From Felis catus (taxonomy: Eukaryota), in the NCBI RefSeq assembly GCF_018350175.1, contig NC_058368.1, positions 174,284,001 through 174,348,000 on the forward strand: a stretch of 64,000 nt of DNA, written 5' to 3'. The notes under the pieces were generated by a model. It had not been told where the DNA came from. It did not search any database and worked only from the letters and a program-made list of their open reading frames with translations. The position numbers and the translations under genes are program-made. Positions 12,558 to 25,747 of the stretch are shown here, one piece after another; the first letter of the stretch is position 1, and the number at the start of each line of letters is the position of its first letter.

Positions 12558-13574
12558 TATTTTCACCACTTCTAACTTCTTGTTCCTTCCCACTTGCAGA
12601 TGCTGGGGGTCAGGTGGGAGGAGGGTGGGATGAAGACTCCACACTCAGCTCCAAACAAGGATAGCTTTGATCAGCCTTCATCCTGGTTCTCGTATCTCTG
12701 GCTACTATACTCTATTTTCCCCTGTTGCCTTCTCCTTAAAATAGAACCCCAGCTCCCACCTGCCCCCACGAATCTGCTGAGTCAACCCTTTAGGGACAAG
12801 CACGCAGAATCTTCAGGGTATTTTCGGAGTGGAAGGGGAAAGGCTCCTTTAAGAGCCAAATGCGAGCTTGGAAAGGAAATGAGACCAGCAGAGCTGGTTC
12901 AAGTGTGACCTTTAACATAAAGCCAGATTGTGCAGGGCTAAGCTTAGCCAAAGACTTACTTCCAATGCTAATCAGGCAGAATCTTTGGAGAGTGGAAGGA
13001 GGAAGTGTGAGAATCTGAGGGGGGCTGAGAATGGGGGTCTGCCTTCCCCGCTAAGCTGGCATCTCCGGGTAGGTAGTGGATATTCAAAACCAACTCTGGC
13101 AATACATGAAAATCAAGTGAGAACCCACATGGAGAAGTGCTTTCGCTATTTGTAAAATGCTATAATCGAGCAAAGGGTTGTCTCTGGTAAGGTGAATTTT
13201 TATCTTGACCTTGGAAAGTGAGAGTGGGGGGAAGGATGTAGGAAGGGATGGGAATATTATATGCCAAGTACTTCCAAAACACGGATCTTGTTCAATTCTT
13301 ATCATTCTTGCATGAAGTAGGAATTCTTATTCCGTGATTTGTCAGGCTCTGTCAATTTGTTTTTGATTTTACATATTCCGGAACCATCCTGGATTGGGTA
13401 CTAAAATGACGAAAGTCTTCCAGACAATTCTCCTAGTCTGTTCATTTCCTTATTCACTCATTCCATAAATATGTATTGAGTGCTTGCCTCCCAACCATTT
13501 TACAAATGAGGGTACTGGGGTTACAGAGCCAACGGCTTTACCAGCTGGTTGACCTTGGGCACGTCATCCCTCTG

Positions 13575-13785
13575 GACTTTTTTCTTTTTCTTTTTCTTAA
13601 TTTTAGAGAGAGAGAGCATGAGTGGGGGAGAAGGGCAGAAGCAGAGAGAGAGAGAGAGGGAAGCCTACGCAGACTCCACACTCAGCGTGGAGCCCAGCAT
13701 GGGGCTTGATCTCACAACTGTGAGATCATGACCCGAGCCGGAATCAAGAGTCAGATGTTCAACTGACCGCGCCACCAGATGTCCC
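13575..13785 (-). mobile_element. Older Can-SINE inserted in a MIR
   Basis: actccacactcagcgtggagcccagcatggggcttgatctcacaactgtgagatcatgacc; ctggacttt on both flanks. Confidence 0.85.
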
Positions 13786-14140
13786 TGGACTTTCATTTCT
13801 TTATATGCATAACGAGGCTAATAGAATGGCTTTCTGGTCTACCGTGAGGAATCACTGAGAACATGCATGCAGCCAGGACTCAATAAAGCAGGTCAGGACA
13901 GCCCAACCTGAGTTTTCCCTTACTGGGTTGATCTGGGATTCTTACCTGGATGATACCACTCCCTTTGGAAGTGGGGGCAGTGTTTTTGTTGTCATAAGGA
14001 TTGTGACCACTAATGGCGTTCGGGGGAGGGGACAAGGATGCTTAAATTCTGCCATGGGCATGATAGTCTCACACAGTAAGACACAAGAAAGAATTGTTAG
14101 CATCCCTCCCAACTTTAAAATGTCCCAGCAGGCTACTCAG

Positions 14141-14405
14141 TACAAATATAATCAGTATTACTCAATATTACTTCAATATTTTAACAAGGAAAATACAAAT
14201 ATAATCAGTATTAATAAATATTACTTTAATATTTTAATAAGGAAAATACAAATATAATCAGTATTAGTCAATATGACTTCAATATTTTAATAAGGAAAAT
14301 ACAAATATAATCAGTATTAATCAATATGACTTCAATAGTTTAATAATGAAAATACAAATATAATCAGTATTAACCAATATGACTTCAATATTTTAATAAG
14401 GAAAA
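14141..14405. repeat. AT-rich minisatellite, 5 x 53 bp
   Basis: Unit tacaaatataatcagtattaNtcaatatKacttcaatattttaataaggaaaa repeated exactly five times with few substitutions. Confidence 0.95.
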
Positions 14406-15214
14406 GTTTCTGCAAGGCACTATGTGAAATCCCAGTAATTTGGGAGATGGTTCTTACAGAGAGAGGGGCTTCACTGGAAGAAAAATTCTGTCTTGAGATT
14501 GCTGACCAATCTCTTTTGGTCTAGCTCATCCAACTCATCATCTGCCATCGTGTTTCCAACCTCATAATTAGTTGAAAAAGGCTTCAGTTGCTCATTGCCT
14601 GTTTCTTATATCAGACTCGGAACTAAATTGCACTGAATTAGTGGGCATACATGAAATGCAGAAATCTCATTAAATGTCATTAATATTTTTCGAAAGTATT
14701 CAAAATTACTGCTGCTCAATATAAATTTAGATTTTCTTGTAGCCTAAACTATAAGAGATGTATGTTCTGGAATTACACATTCAAATGATCTATCTTGGGG
14801 TTGGCCGTCATTTTTCATTGGGACTCTGATCGGGTTTTCAGTCAACCACATAACTTCTCTAAGGTGTCTTGTGTTATTTATTATTATTATTTTTCTTTTC
14901 CGTGCCATTCCCTGTATCCTGTCTCTTCTCCAAGGGTACAGATTCCCAGGTCTCTGAGACTGGCAGTGTCCCTTGGTATGCACTGAAATTTCAAAACGGG
15001 ATATATGTTTCTGGGATACTTCATCACACAGGGTATGATCTGGACATTGTACTTACAAAGGAGGCCCAGCTTCTTGGTGAGACTGTTATACTCCTTATTT
15101 TGTACATTTGTCTTGGCATGTTCACCAAACTTCAATTAAAGTTACTGCCTTTCCGCTTATCACATATACATATGTCTGGTCTGTTTATACTAATTCTAAC
15201 ACTGTTTTTCAAAA

Positions 15215-15423
15215 TAATTTTTTTAATGTTTATTTATTTTTTAGAGAGAGAGAGAGTGTGAGCAAGGGAGGGGCAGAGAGAGAGGGAGACACAGAATCCA
15301 AAGCAGGTTCCAGGCTCTGAGCTGTCAGCACAGAGCCCGACAGAGGGCTCGAACTCGTGAACTGTGAGATCATGACCTGAACAGAAGCTGGATGCTTAAT
15401 GAACTGGGCCACCCAAGCGCCCC
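15215..15423 (-). mobile_element. SINEC
   Basis: Antisense SINEC body; taacactg on both flanks. Confidence 0.9.
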
Positions 15424-15519
15424 ATAACACTGGTTTTTAGTGGAAGGTTCACTTTGCCTCTGCCTCGTTTCCCTGCACTTTTTATGCCTGCTATCAGTCA
15501 TCTGAGCATCTTGTTCCTC

Positions 15520-15733
15520 TTTATTTTTTTTAATGTTTATGTTTATTTTTATTTTTTGGGAGAGAGAGACACAGCGTGAGCTGGGGAGGGGCAGAGAGAG
15601 GGAGACACAGAATCCGAAGCAGGCTCTAGGCTCTTAGCTGTCGGCACAGACGCGGGGCTTGAACTCAAAGACCGCGAGATCATGACCTGAGCGGAAGTCG
15701 GACGTTCAACCAACTGAGCCACCCAGGCATCCC
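15520..15733 (-). mobile_element. SINEC
   Basis: Antisense SINEC body ending gccacccaggcatcccc. Confidence 0.9.
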
Positions 15734-16519
15734 CGTATTTATATATTATAAATAAGAGTCAGTGTCTGACTGTTGGATTATTTCACTGTGTCTTCTACTA
15801 TAGTCTTGTCAGAGTGCTTGCATATTGAAATGTGCATTATTGTGTTATGAATTATTTTCTTCTATACCATAGGTGGGAGATTTCATATATAAATGTATAG
15901 GTGTACATGTGCATATAAAGCATGTGTGTATGTATGTAATATTACCTAAACTTTCAGGATAGTAAAGGACATTTTTAAAAAAACAAACCAATTTGGCTTG
16001 ACCCCAATAGAGAATTCTTTGCAACAGCACAGACTGGATTTGGAAGTTATCCGTTTTTCTGATTCACTTTGAAATGTTTATTATGAAAAAGGGGTCATGC
16101 ACGTAAGCAGATTGGGAGCCACAGGTCTGGATCTGGATGCGTCCGCATTGCACCAGTCTCTGTGTGACTGAAGACTCACTGTGGCCATGGTGTGTCCCCT
16201 GGGACCTGTGTCCTCACTGTCGCGGGCCTCTCCTGCTTCACTCCATCCACCTTCCAGAGTGATAGGCTCCCTGCTTCCGTCCCTGCTTTTGCCAGTCAAG
16301 AAAGGACATTCAAGATAGGCGATAAGGACACTCCTTCTTTTGAGAAGACAGATCCGGGCCCCAGTTCCCACTTCTGGCCCGTTGGCGCCGTAGCCGGTGG
16401 AAGGATGCAGACAGCTTCGTACATCCTGCCTCCTGCAGCGTTGGCTGAGGCAGAGGGATGGCTTGTTCTGTGCTTCCCCGAAGTCAGTGTCTGGGGGGAC
16501 CAGCGTCCTGCCCATGTCA

Positions 16520-16740
16520 CGCAGAGGCTGTTGAGAACAAAAACTCTAGATCCAGGCTGCCCAGGCTCACATCCTCCCTCTACCATCTGCTGTGTGACCA
16601 CGGAAAAATTATTCAGCAACTCTGCGCCTCTGTTTCTTCATCTGCAAAATGGGTTATGAGAAAGGCACCCGCCTTATAGGATTGTTGTAAGGAGCTAATG
16701 AATTCATCCAAAAACAGGGAGTAAGCATTATACACTTGTT
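16520..16740 (+). mobile_element. MIR
   Basis: gctgtgtgacc..ctctgcgcctctgtttcttcatctgcaaaatggg..ataggattgttgtaagga. Confidence 0.7.
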
Positions 16741-17465
16741 GGATACACAGTGTTTAGTGAATACTTTCTTGTGATCCACTCATTTTAAAAAGACTGAAGT
16801 GTAGCATCTCTCTACGAAATGATTCTCCAGAGCAGCACACGTTGGGAGGGCGTATAAGGCTGGCCCTTCCATCCCAGCAGGGAAGGCTCATCTCAGTCCC
16901 CAGCATCCAGGGCCTGGGGCCCAGCTGGCGCTGCTGGGTAGTTCTTGGGTAACTGGTTTGACCGTTGAGGAAAGTGAGTCTGGAGGTTTGTCCCAGGCCC
17001 CTCCTCACAGCCCCCTCTATTGTTTGCAGCCCGTCTACCCAGGGGAGAGGGAAGCCTCTGGATTCATCGCAACAGCTCCAAGGCCCCAAGGCGTTGCCAA
17101 GGAGACTGTGATCCCTTTTTTGCTGACATCATACATTTTGGAGCTATCTGGCTTGCCTCATATCCGCCCCTCGTGGGGGTGGCTGTGGAAATCATGCTCT
17201 GGCAGATAATTAAAATTTCAAGTGAGTGAGGAGTCAGGAGGCTGCATCTCCTGCCGGGGAGATGTGCTAATCAGCTGGAGGAGAGGGCCACAGATGCTGG
17301 GCCAGGAAGAGGCCCCAGGGGACGTGGAGATGTTCCTGACCTGCTCCTGGGCCGGCTGCCCTCTGCTCTGTTCCCCAGACTGCAGCCTGGTCTCGCCCCT
17401 GCCAAGGTTCCTTATCTGCCATCCGGCCTGCAGGCGGCCCTTTCCAAAGAAAATAGGACTCTGCC

Positions 17466-17662
17466 GGGCACCAGGGTGGCTCAGAGTTAAGCTTCCAACT
17501 CTCCGCTCTGGCTCAGGTCCTGATCTCACGGTTCCCGTGAGCTCCAGCCCCAGGTCGGGCTCTGTACTGACAGCGGGGAGCCTGCTTGGGGATTGGCTCT
17601 CTGCCCCTCCTCCACTCATGCTCGCTTGCGCTCTCTCAAAATAAATAAATATACTTGAAAAA
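17466..17662 (+). mobile_element. SINEC
   Basis: gggcaccagggtggctcag head and aaaataaataaa tail; TSD aaagaaaataggac on both sides. Confidence 0.9.
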
Positions 17663-17724
17663 AGAAAATAGGACGCTGCCTCTCCTGCTGAACGCCCTCA
17701 GCGGTTCCCCGCTCCCCCCCTGAG

Positions 17725-17900
17725 TGAGGTGCCCAACCAGCTGTTGCAGCAGCATCTGGGAACTTGTCAGAAGAGCAGATTCTTGGCCCCACCCCAGATC
17801 CACTGACTCAGACGTCCGGGGGTGGTACCCAGAAATCTGTGTTCAACAGGCCTCTCGGTTGACCCTGATGCTCGCCGGAGGGTAGGAACCACCGGCCTAG
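17725..17900. mobile_element. MER5A-like hAT MITE
   Basis: gcagcatctgggaacttgtcagaagagcagattcttggccccaccccagatccactgactcaga..aaatctgtgttcaacaggc. Confidence 0.75.
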
Positions 17901-18174
17901 GCCAGGTTCAGCCTTATCAGCTGGGCATCCCGGGCCCTGGGGACTTGGGATCGGGCCCCGTCTGCAGGGTGGCGGCCTCCGTGCCCTGGACTTCAGCCAC
18001 ACTCGGGTCAGCTTCTGCACTGCCCTCGCTCCGCGTCCGCGGGCGAGTCCCTCCTCCTCACAGCGCCTCTCCTTCATGCTTGAGCAAGTACTCACAGGAG
18101 TGTTGAGACTATATGCAGTAGCTGTGAAAGGTGGCCTGCCCCCTGGCCGGCACAGGACAATTCAAAGATGACTC

Positions 18175-18304
18175 TCTTTTGAGCAACTACTGTGTGCCAG
18201 GCTCTGTTATAGGCATTTGGGATGGATCTATGGACAGAACAGATAAAAGGTCCCTGCCCCTGTGGCACTGATATTCCGCTTGGGGAATACAGACCGCAAA
18301 CCAA

Positions 18305-18337
<33 letters not shown>

Positions 18338-19335
18338 AAACCAAACCCACAATAAATGAGGACTTGATAGAGAATTTTAGCAGATGATAAAGCCATGGGC
18401 GGGGTGGGGGGGGACAGAAATAGCAGGGTTGGAGAATCAGGAAGGTGGCGGGCAGGCATGTCTATGTGGTTTCCTCCCTTAAACAGGTGGTCAGGGAAAG
18501 AGACCTTTCAGCAAGGACTTGAAGGTGAAGCATTAAGCCAGGAGATATCGAGGAAGGGCGTCCCTCACAGCAGACACAGGTCTAGAGCAGAGGCCCTCAG
18601 AGGGGGCACCCCTGGCTTGTTGAGCAATGGCCAGGCAGTCAGGAGGCTGGAGCCTAGTGGGCAAGGGGGGTGTGGCAGAGAGGAGCACAGAAAGGGCAGC
18701 GGGCTGGACCTTGAGGTCCTGACGCTGAATGAAGGCTTTTCCAGGAGTGTGGTGGGAACCACCGGGAGCTTTTAAGCAGAAAAAGGCCACGGATCAGACT
18801 TATGCTTGGAAAGGCTCCCCATGGGTGCCGTGTTGGGAAAGGCTGTGCAGGAACAAGGGCAGTGGTAGCTGGGGGGCCTCTGACAAGTGGCTGTAGACCG
18901 AGTCAGAGAAGACAGTGGCCTGACGCGAGGGTGAGAAGTCCTGGGCTCTTGGATACATTCCATGGAGGCAATAGGATTGTCTGTGGATAGGATGTGGAAT
19001 GTGACAGGCATGGGAAGGCAGGGATTGACTCCAAGGTCCCGGCAGAGCTGATGGAAGGGGGCCACAGGGAGACTGAAAGGCTGTGGGTAGAACAGAGCTT
19101 TGAGGGAGGATCTGAGTTAGGTGCAGGCCAACTGAGTGTGCCTAGTAGATGACCAAGCAGGGACATTGAGAAGGGCTTAGAGACACTAGGCTGGAGTTCA
19201 GGACAGTGCTCTGAAGATGTGAACTTGAGAGTTGAAAGACACAGATGACCTTTGAAGCCGTGAGTCCAGCTGAGAGCTCCGTGGTCCAGGGTGTGTCGAT
19301 GGCGAAGAAGCTGCCCAAGGACCGAGCCCTTGAAT
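18175..19335 (-). mobile_element. L2 (L2a-like) fragment with a (CAA)n microsatellite
   Basis: tttgagcaactactgtgtgccaggctctgtt..ttttaagcagaaaaaggccacggatcagactta..aggctggagttcaggacagtgc; (caa)n at ~18306-18337. Confidence 0.75.
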
Positions 19336-19462
19336 TCTTCTTGGATCTGCTGTATGATTTTCCTTCTTCCCTCATTATTAATGAGCTAAATCATATCTTT
19401 GACACGTGCTCATTTTGTATTTGTGTAACAGTCATGATGTTACTTAAAAAAAAAAGATCCTT

Positions 19463-19680
19463 GGGGCGCCTGGGTGGCGCAGTCGGTTAAGCGTCCGACT
19501 TCAGCCAGGTCACGATCTCGCGGTCCGTGAGTTCGAGCCCCGCATCAGGCTCTGGGCTGATGGCTCGGAGCCTGGAGCCTGTTTCCGATTCTGTGTCTCC
19601 GTCTCTCTCTGCCCCTCCCCCGTTCATGCTCTGTCTCTCTCTGTCCCAAAAATAAATAAAAAACGTTGAAAAAAAAAAAA
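19463..19680 (+). mobile_element. Young felid SINEC_Fc
   Basis: Near-identical to the copies at 3416 and 33587; TSD aaaaagatcctt. Confidence 0.95.
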
Positions 19681-19909
19681 AAGATCCTTGAACAATTTAA
19701 TTTGAAAATGATGGCGAGTGTAGTTTGTGATAAGTAAAAAAAAATGAGGGCGGGGCTGGAGAGAAAAGAAATAGACTATGTTTGGTTTGCAAGGGATAAA
19801 ATCCCATCCAAACTAGTCCAGTTAAAGAAAGTTTTGCTACAAATATCCAGGGTCCTCTTACGAACCCAAAGGGTAGGCAGAGTGGCTAGGTCTGGCCTAA
19901 ACTAGCAAG

Positions 19910-20310
19910 TGGGTGGGAGGTTAAGTTTGGCTGCATGTAACAAAATTAAGCAGAAGTTTCTTTGTCTCCTATAAAAGAAGTATAGAGGTTAAAAGCTTTG
20001 GGCTAGTATGACGGCTTTTCAATGTCATAAAGGACTCAGACTCCTTCTATTTTCTTACTCTGTACCTTTAGCATGCTTCCAACCTCAGTCACCTCAGTGT
20101 CTAATATGATTGCTGATGCTCTAGCTATCACTTCCATGATAGCATCGGGAGGGAGGAAGGGAAGAAAGATTTCCTCCTTTTTTAAGAAAACTCCCAGGTA
20201 GTCCCATACAACGTTCCCGTTGACCACACAGTACTTCGATTGGCCAGAACTCAGTCACATAGCCATACCTAAACGCAAAGGAGGCTGGGAAATAAAGCTG
20301 ATTATAGCAA
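19910..20310 (-). mobile_element. MLT1-type LTR fragment
   Basis: gattggccagaactcagtcacatagccatacctaaacgcaaaggaggctgggaaat. Confidence 0.6.
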
Positions 20311-20319
20311 AATTAGGTG

Positions 20320-20590
20320 CTCAGACTATGGTTGGAATCCAGCCTGCAGATATATTTTGGTTGGCCTTGACAATTGTGAATTTTTAAAAACATGATCAGC
20401 AATTTAAATGTTACAAGATTTGACGTTAAAACAAAAGTCCAGATGTCTGGATTCTCTTAAATAATCAGAAGGTCTGACAACCCTGGGCTCACATGCCACA
20501 TGGGAACCTTTGAAAGGTTTCTCCCGTAGATAGAACCTTGCTCTCCAATTTGCCCCACCTCTTCAGGCTGTGTTCAGGGCTTGTGACTTT
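20320..20590. mobile_element. MER102-like hAT-Charlie fragment
   Basis: aaaagtccagatgtctggattctcttaaataatcagaaggtctgacaaccctgggctcacatgccacatgg; a related fragment lies at 32400-32520. Confidence 0.55.
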
Positions 20591-20790
20591 GAACTGTAAC
20601 CTTTTCAAGGGAGGAACTAATGAGCCCGGATAACCTGCTTACAGAAGAGCTGTCCTTGGAATACTATCCACTCCTGGCCCAGTCGGTGCTGACCGCTGGT
20701 GGAGTGGTTGGGGGGCCATGGGGTAGTTCTCCAGATTGAGGCATTGTACAGGCATGTACCCCCAAACCTGTCTAATACAGATGATAATTA

Positions 20791-21182
20791 TCATTTTTAA
20801 TATAATTTATTGTCAAATTGGCTTCTATACAACAGACAGTGTTCATCCCAACAAGTGCTCTCCTCAATGCCCATGACCCACTTTCCCCTCTTCCCCACCC
20901 CCCATCAACCCTCAGTTTGTTCTCTGTATTTCAGAGTCTCTTATGGTTTGCCTCCCTCCCTCTCTGTTTGTGACTTCCCCCCCCTCCCCCTCCCCCATGG
21001 TCCACTGTTAAGTTTCTCAAGATCCACATAGGAGTGAAAACATATGGTACCTGTCCTTCTCTGACTGACTTATTTCACTTAGCATAACACCCTCCAGTGC
21101 CATCCACGTTGCTGTTGCTGCAACCGGCATGATTTCATTCTTTCTCATTGCCCGGTAGCATTCCATTGTATGTATAAACCGC
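20791..21182 (-). mobile_element. 5'-truncated carnivore/felid L1 (ORF2 C-terminus plus 3'UTR)
   Basis: ORF 21017..21289 contains the L1 ORF2 end (IHTMECYRAMRKNEIMP..WMALEGVMLSEISQSEKDRYHMFSLLCG); 16-bp TSD atacagatgataatta at 20775-20790 and 21183-21198. Confidence 0.92.
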
Positions 21183-24100
21183 ATACAGATGATAATTAAT
21201 CTGCATTGGCACTTGGTGACTCTTGCAAGACAGGGGCAGCTGTCAGAGCCTTGAGCTGCCTCTCCCTGAGCAGCTACTGAATGTTGCATTTATTGGACTC
21301 CAAACCCCATTTTACCAGAGTTTCTCAAAATGGGGCACAGAGGCCTCCTGCATCCGTATCACCCGGGGGGTCTGTTTAAACTGTTGACTCCTAAGGGCAT
21401 GTTCCAGAACTCTTTAGGAGGGGGCCAAGGTCTCCGCAGCCCTGCAGTTAGGAGCATGGGCCAGGGATCTGTTCCCCTTGGCTGTCCAGGAAAGGCCTGG
21501 AATCTGTAGAAACTCTTTAACCAGGAGGCTGCTGGCCCCTGCAGGGCTCTGCCCTGAAAAGCAGTTCGAGGCAAACTGGGGTAACTCCTGCCCGCAAAGC
21601 GAACTCTGGGCTGCAGAGAGGGGGGTTCTTCTCTTGATTTCTATTCTATTTAGGTTGGGGGGTAGTGTGGGGAGGAAGAGAACAAGTCACGCTAGGCTCT
21701 ACTCTTCACTCTGCTCCGAGGCTCTGCCTCCTCCCTCATAAAGCAGCCAGTCATTACTGTCACGGAGAGCTATTTTTATGTTATCTAAATGCTATCAGTT
21801 TCAATGTTATCTATTTCCCGCCCTGCTATCTTGACTTCCCTTTCCGGGGGCGGGGGGAGCCCTCCACACGCGCAGGCTCATGGCGTGGGTGGGTGGGCAA
21901 CACCCCCATCCCGGAGCACACGAGTGAGACTAAGCCAACGGGGCCAGGACCAAGATTCTGGTTGAAACCACGGGGAAGGACATTCTCTTCCTTGGCTGGG
22001 AGCTGAGGGGATATCGGCTGGTGGCCAGCTTGTCCCCACAAAGGCTAGTCCTGCCTGGGAAGAGAGGCATTGTGGGGAGAAGCAAGCTTGAGAGAAGAGA
22101 AGCCATGAAAATGTCAAATGACATCCTGGAAGCCTCTGGAACCGGTACAGCCGCAAAGTCGGTCCCCTCCAGGATTAATCTGCCAGTGCGTTTCCTTTTT
22201 TTTTTTTTTTTTTTTTTTGCTACAGTTAAGTTGGTGTTCTCTTGCTGAAGGTGTGGCAGAGGGCCTAATATAACCAGCAGCTACCAACCCTGAGGCCTGT
22301 TTGCTGCTAGGTGATGTATCATGCTACCAAATCAATTTGGTCACTCTTTTGTATCTCCTTTGGCTTCTTATAAGTTGTGCTGGTTATTTGCTCTTTTTCC
22401 CCTTATTATTTCACTCCTGACAGCTTGACCCATGGTAACGGCCGGTAGTTAAATGCTTGTGGGGGAAGAGGCCTGCGGCTTTCACCTGAGTGATGACGAT
22501 TTTCTAACCCGCTGCCTGGAGGGCTCGGTTAAGAATCGAGTGGGAAAGGATGCAGGGATTGATTAGCAATGTCTGCCACGGAGCAAAAGCTACTGCAAGT
22601 GCCCACCTTACGTCTTCGCCATTGTGAATTATTCTTTTCCTGATGTTAGTTTTTCCTAATCAACAGGAGGAAATTATGAGGGCTGTGTGTGCTATGACTT
22701 CCCAAATCGATGCCAGTTCTCGGCTCAATTCAGAAATTGGAGCATGGGAAGATTTGTGGCCAGAGGTAATGGAGGCACCCTCTGGTAGATGGGAATTCCC
22801 AAAGGACTTGGGGAGGTTGGCCAGAGGCCGAATTCAGCCTCCATCAGTGGCTGCTGATCCTGGACAAATCCCTCCCTTTCCCCGGTACCGTGGCTGAATT
22901 TGTCACGAGAGGGAGTTGAGCCAGGAGGACCGGAGCTTGCCTGCAAGAGGCATTGCCCATGTTGTCCTCCCCTGTACTTAATGCTTTGGTGACCTCAACC
23001 TGCTTGTCATTCCCCAAATGCATTGTTTTGCCTCTGTACCCTTGAGAGCGCTTGTCTCCTGTGAAATGCCACCCTCACACACTTTCATCAGTCCTCAGCA
23101 CCCTGATCAAGTGTCCCCTCCTCCGCCTCCTTGGGCAGAGAGGGTAAGGGCCTCCACCTGGGCTGCTGTTGTCATCTGTCGCCCCCACCAGACTGTGAGT
23201 CGCTTGAAGGCAAATCCAGGCCTGATTAAGGTTGGCCGGTGACCTGGCACAGAGCAAATATTCAGACAAGGTTCATTAAATAAATTAGTAAATGACCACC
23301 TTTCAGAGGCACGAGACTGCCGAGATATTGAAGGAAAGGCCAAAATCCCAAGGGGTTTAATACTTTCCATATTTCTCCCTGGCCCCCTCTTCCCCTCCCT
23401 TCTCTTATCTCCCATTGAATTTCCAAGCTGAAAGGGCTGTGAGATCCTGGTCACTGCCTTTGGAGGCGAGACTCCTGAGTCACAGGACTGTCCTGGGCTA
23501 GAGGGGGTGGGGAGGCACCCGGGCTCCTGATCTGCCCTAACCTCCGAAGGCTGAGCAGCGGGGCTCTCCAAAGAGGCAATCAGAGGCAGTGTTTACATGC
23601 CAAAGCCTGTTTTTCTCTGAACTTCTTGCAAATTGGACTGAATGTGCTAAATACATAATGAATCTGCTAAACTCTTTAATGCACTTGTAGTACTTATTGA
23701 TTTCCTCGTTGATTACATGTAATTTGCTGAACTGATTTGCTGTGTGACTTGAAAGACATTGGGGATAGATCTCTGTAATTTGTCACTCAACTCATCCTGG
23801 ACTTTAAAATGAATACGGAATGATACATTTAAAAAGTTTCAGGGTCGTGATCCAGATTCTCTTCAACAGATGGGACCACGTTCAAAGCAGCACATTTCGT
23901 ACTGAATTCCAATTATGTGCCAGGCCGTGTGTGAGCTGCTGGGGTTTCACCAGAGAACAGGAGTGCATTTCTGACCTGGGTGCGATCACAGTCTATCGCA
24001 GGGGTGGATAGGAACAGGCCCACGATGTTTTCAATGTACAGAGTGGGAGCAGAGAGGAAGAGCGTATACATTCATTTGTGAAGGTCAAAGAAATCTTCAG

Positions 24101-24669
24101 AGAGAATCTGACCTTTGAGCTGGGTGGTAAAAGATGTGCTGGAGATTCCAGGCAGGCCAGGTACAGCAGGTGTCTGTTGCTCTTGTCTGCCCGGGTTCCC
24201 TCCTCCCTTCTTTGATAGCAGTACCCAAGGTTTTTTGTTTGTTTTGTGGTTTTTTTTTTTTTTTTTGAGAGCTCCCCTCCCCCCTCCCGCATGCCAGAGG
24301 TCCTGGGGGAAGCGGGTGCGCTCTCAACCACACCCCATGATCGAGACGCGGGTCCTTCAGACTTTGCTCCTGGGACTCTCCACTTGCCGTGGCGTCTTAT
24401 AAGGACGGAAGGCAGCCGGAGCCAAGACGTCCCAAGACGGTCTTGAATTTCTGCTGCCGAGATTCAGGCCCTGCCTGGGTTGTTTCCTTCTCAACTCTCA
24501 GTCTGTGAGCTGCTCTGCAGCCAGCGCTGGTTTCTGTCACGTATGATCAGAAGTCTCCACAGAGATGTGAAGAGCCTTTCCCTCCACTCCCCCAGTGGAA
24601 GAAATTGATTCTTCCTCTTTGGCAAGAGCACGATCCCACGGCCATGCCTCTAGGAGGGCCTTGTGGCCA

Positions 24670-25625
24670 CAACCAGCCATTTATATCCCCATTTCTCAGT
24701 TCTCCTTTGAGTTCGGAACTTGTATGTCCAACTGCCTCCCTATCACAGCCATCCGGATTCCTCATGCGCGTCCAAAACGTGTACCTCGATTCCCACTTCC
24801 CTGCCCCCCTCAACAGTGGTTTCCTCTCCCGTCCCAGTAAATGGCAGCGCCATCCACCCCCCCACCCCCCCAACTCAAGCTAGTCATTATCTGTCTCCTT
24901 GGCTCTCTGCCTGCCCTATCCTACCCATGTGCCGGTCCTATTGGCTCTGCCCCCCCACTTCCACTTTGAACCCATTTTCTTTCTACATTGACCCCACCAG
25001 CCTACATCCAGGCATCCTCTAACAGCCTCTTAAATCCGATCTCAGACTCCACAACGGTATAGATCAGCTTAAAACCCTTCCGCGGTACCCCACTGCTCTT
25101 GAGACGTGATTCAGATTTCTGGGAACTGACAATTCCTGCTCGATTTGGCCCCTTTCCACCTCTCTGTCTTTACTTCCTAGCCTTCTTTCCTCGTGCCCAC
25201 CCCTCGGCTGACTGGCCTTCCTGTCCCTGGAACCCATGGAGCACCTCAGGGGCCTTGTGCTGGTGGTGCCTCTGCCTAGGGTGTTCTCCCGGTTGGTAGC
25301 TGGTGCCTCCTTCTCAGCGTTCCGCCTCAGCCTCAGCTCTGAGGTCATCTCCTTAGTAATGCCCATCTTTATCACACCAGGCACTTCCGCCCCCCACACC
25401 AAGCACCTCTCATTATCTAGTTTCATTTTTCTCATGGCGTGTAACACTGTCAGATATGGTGGGGTCATTCGTGCACTTGCTTGGTGTCTGTCTTCCCCAC
25501 CACAATGGGGGCTCTAGCAGAGCAAGGTCTTGTCTGCTTGTCCACTGCTGTATCCCCATCACCCTGCACGTTGTGTGCTCAAATATTCCCATTGCGTGAG
25601 CAAACGAGTGGGTGAGTGAGCAAAT
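24670..25625 (+). mobile_element. L2 fragment
   Basis: L2 3' region motifs (cagcttaaaacccttccgcggtaccccactgctctt, cacctcaggggccttgtgctggtggtgcctctgcctagg, ctgctgtatcccca..tgctcaaat). Confidence 0.7.
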
Positions 25626-25747
25626 GCATCAATAGCACACATTCTTGGTGTTTTACATTTGTCAAATTTTTTTAAATGCAACCATCTCTCCTAGTAGACA
25701 GAGCTCCTCCAGAACAGGGGCTGGGTCTGTTTTTGGTTTTGTTTCTA

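Larger units (their letters stand above)
13925..15870. mobile_element. Degenerate hAT-Charlie DNA transposon fossil (MER20-like end) interrupted by a VNTR and two SINEs
   Basis: MER20-like left end (gtgtttttgttgtcata..aggatgcttaaattctgccatgggcatgatagtc..aagaattgt) followed by AT-rich internal sequence with no ORF. Confidence 0.45.

Noticed and set aside
14141..14405. CRISPR-like array
   Set aside because: The units are contiguous with no unique spacers, there are no cas genes, and the context is mammalian.
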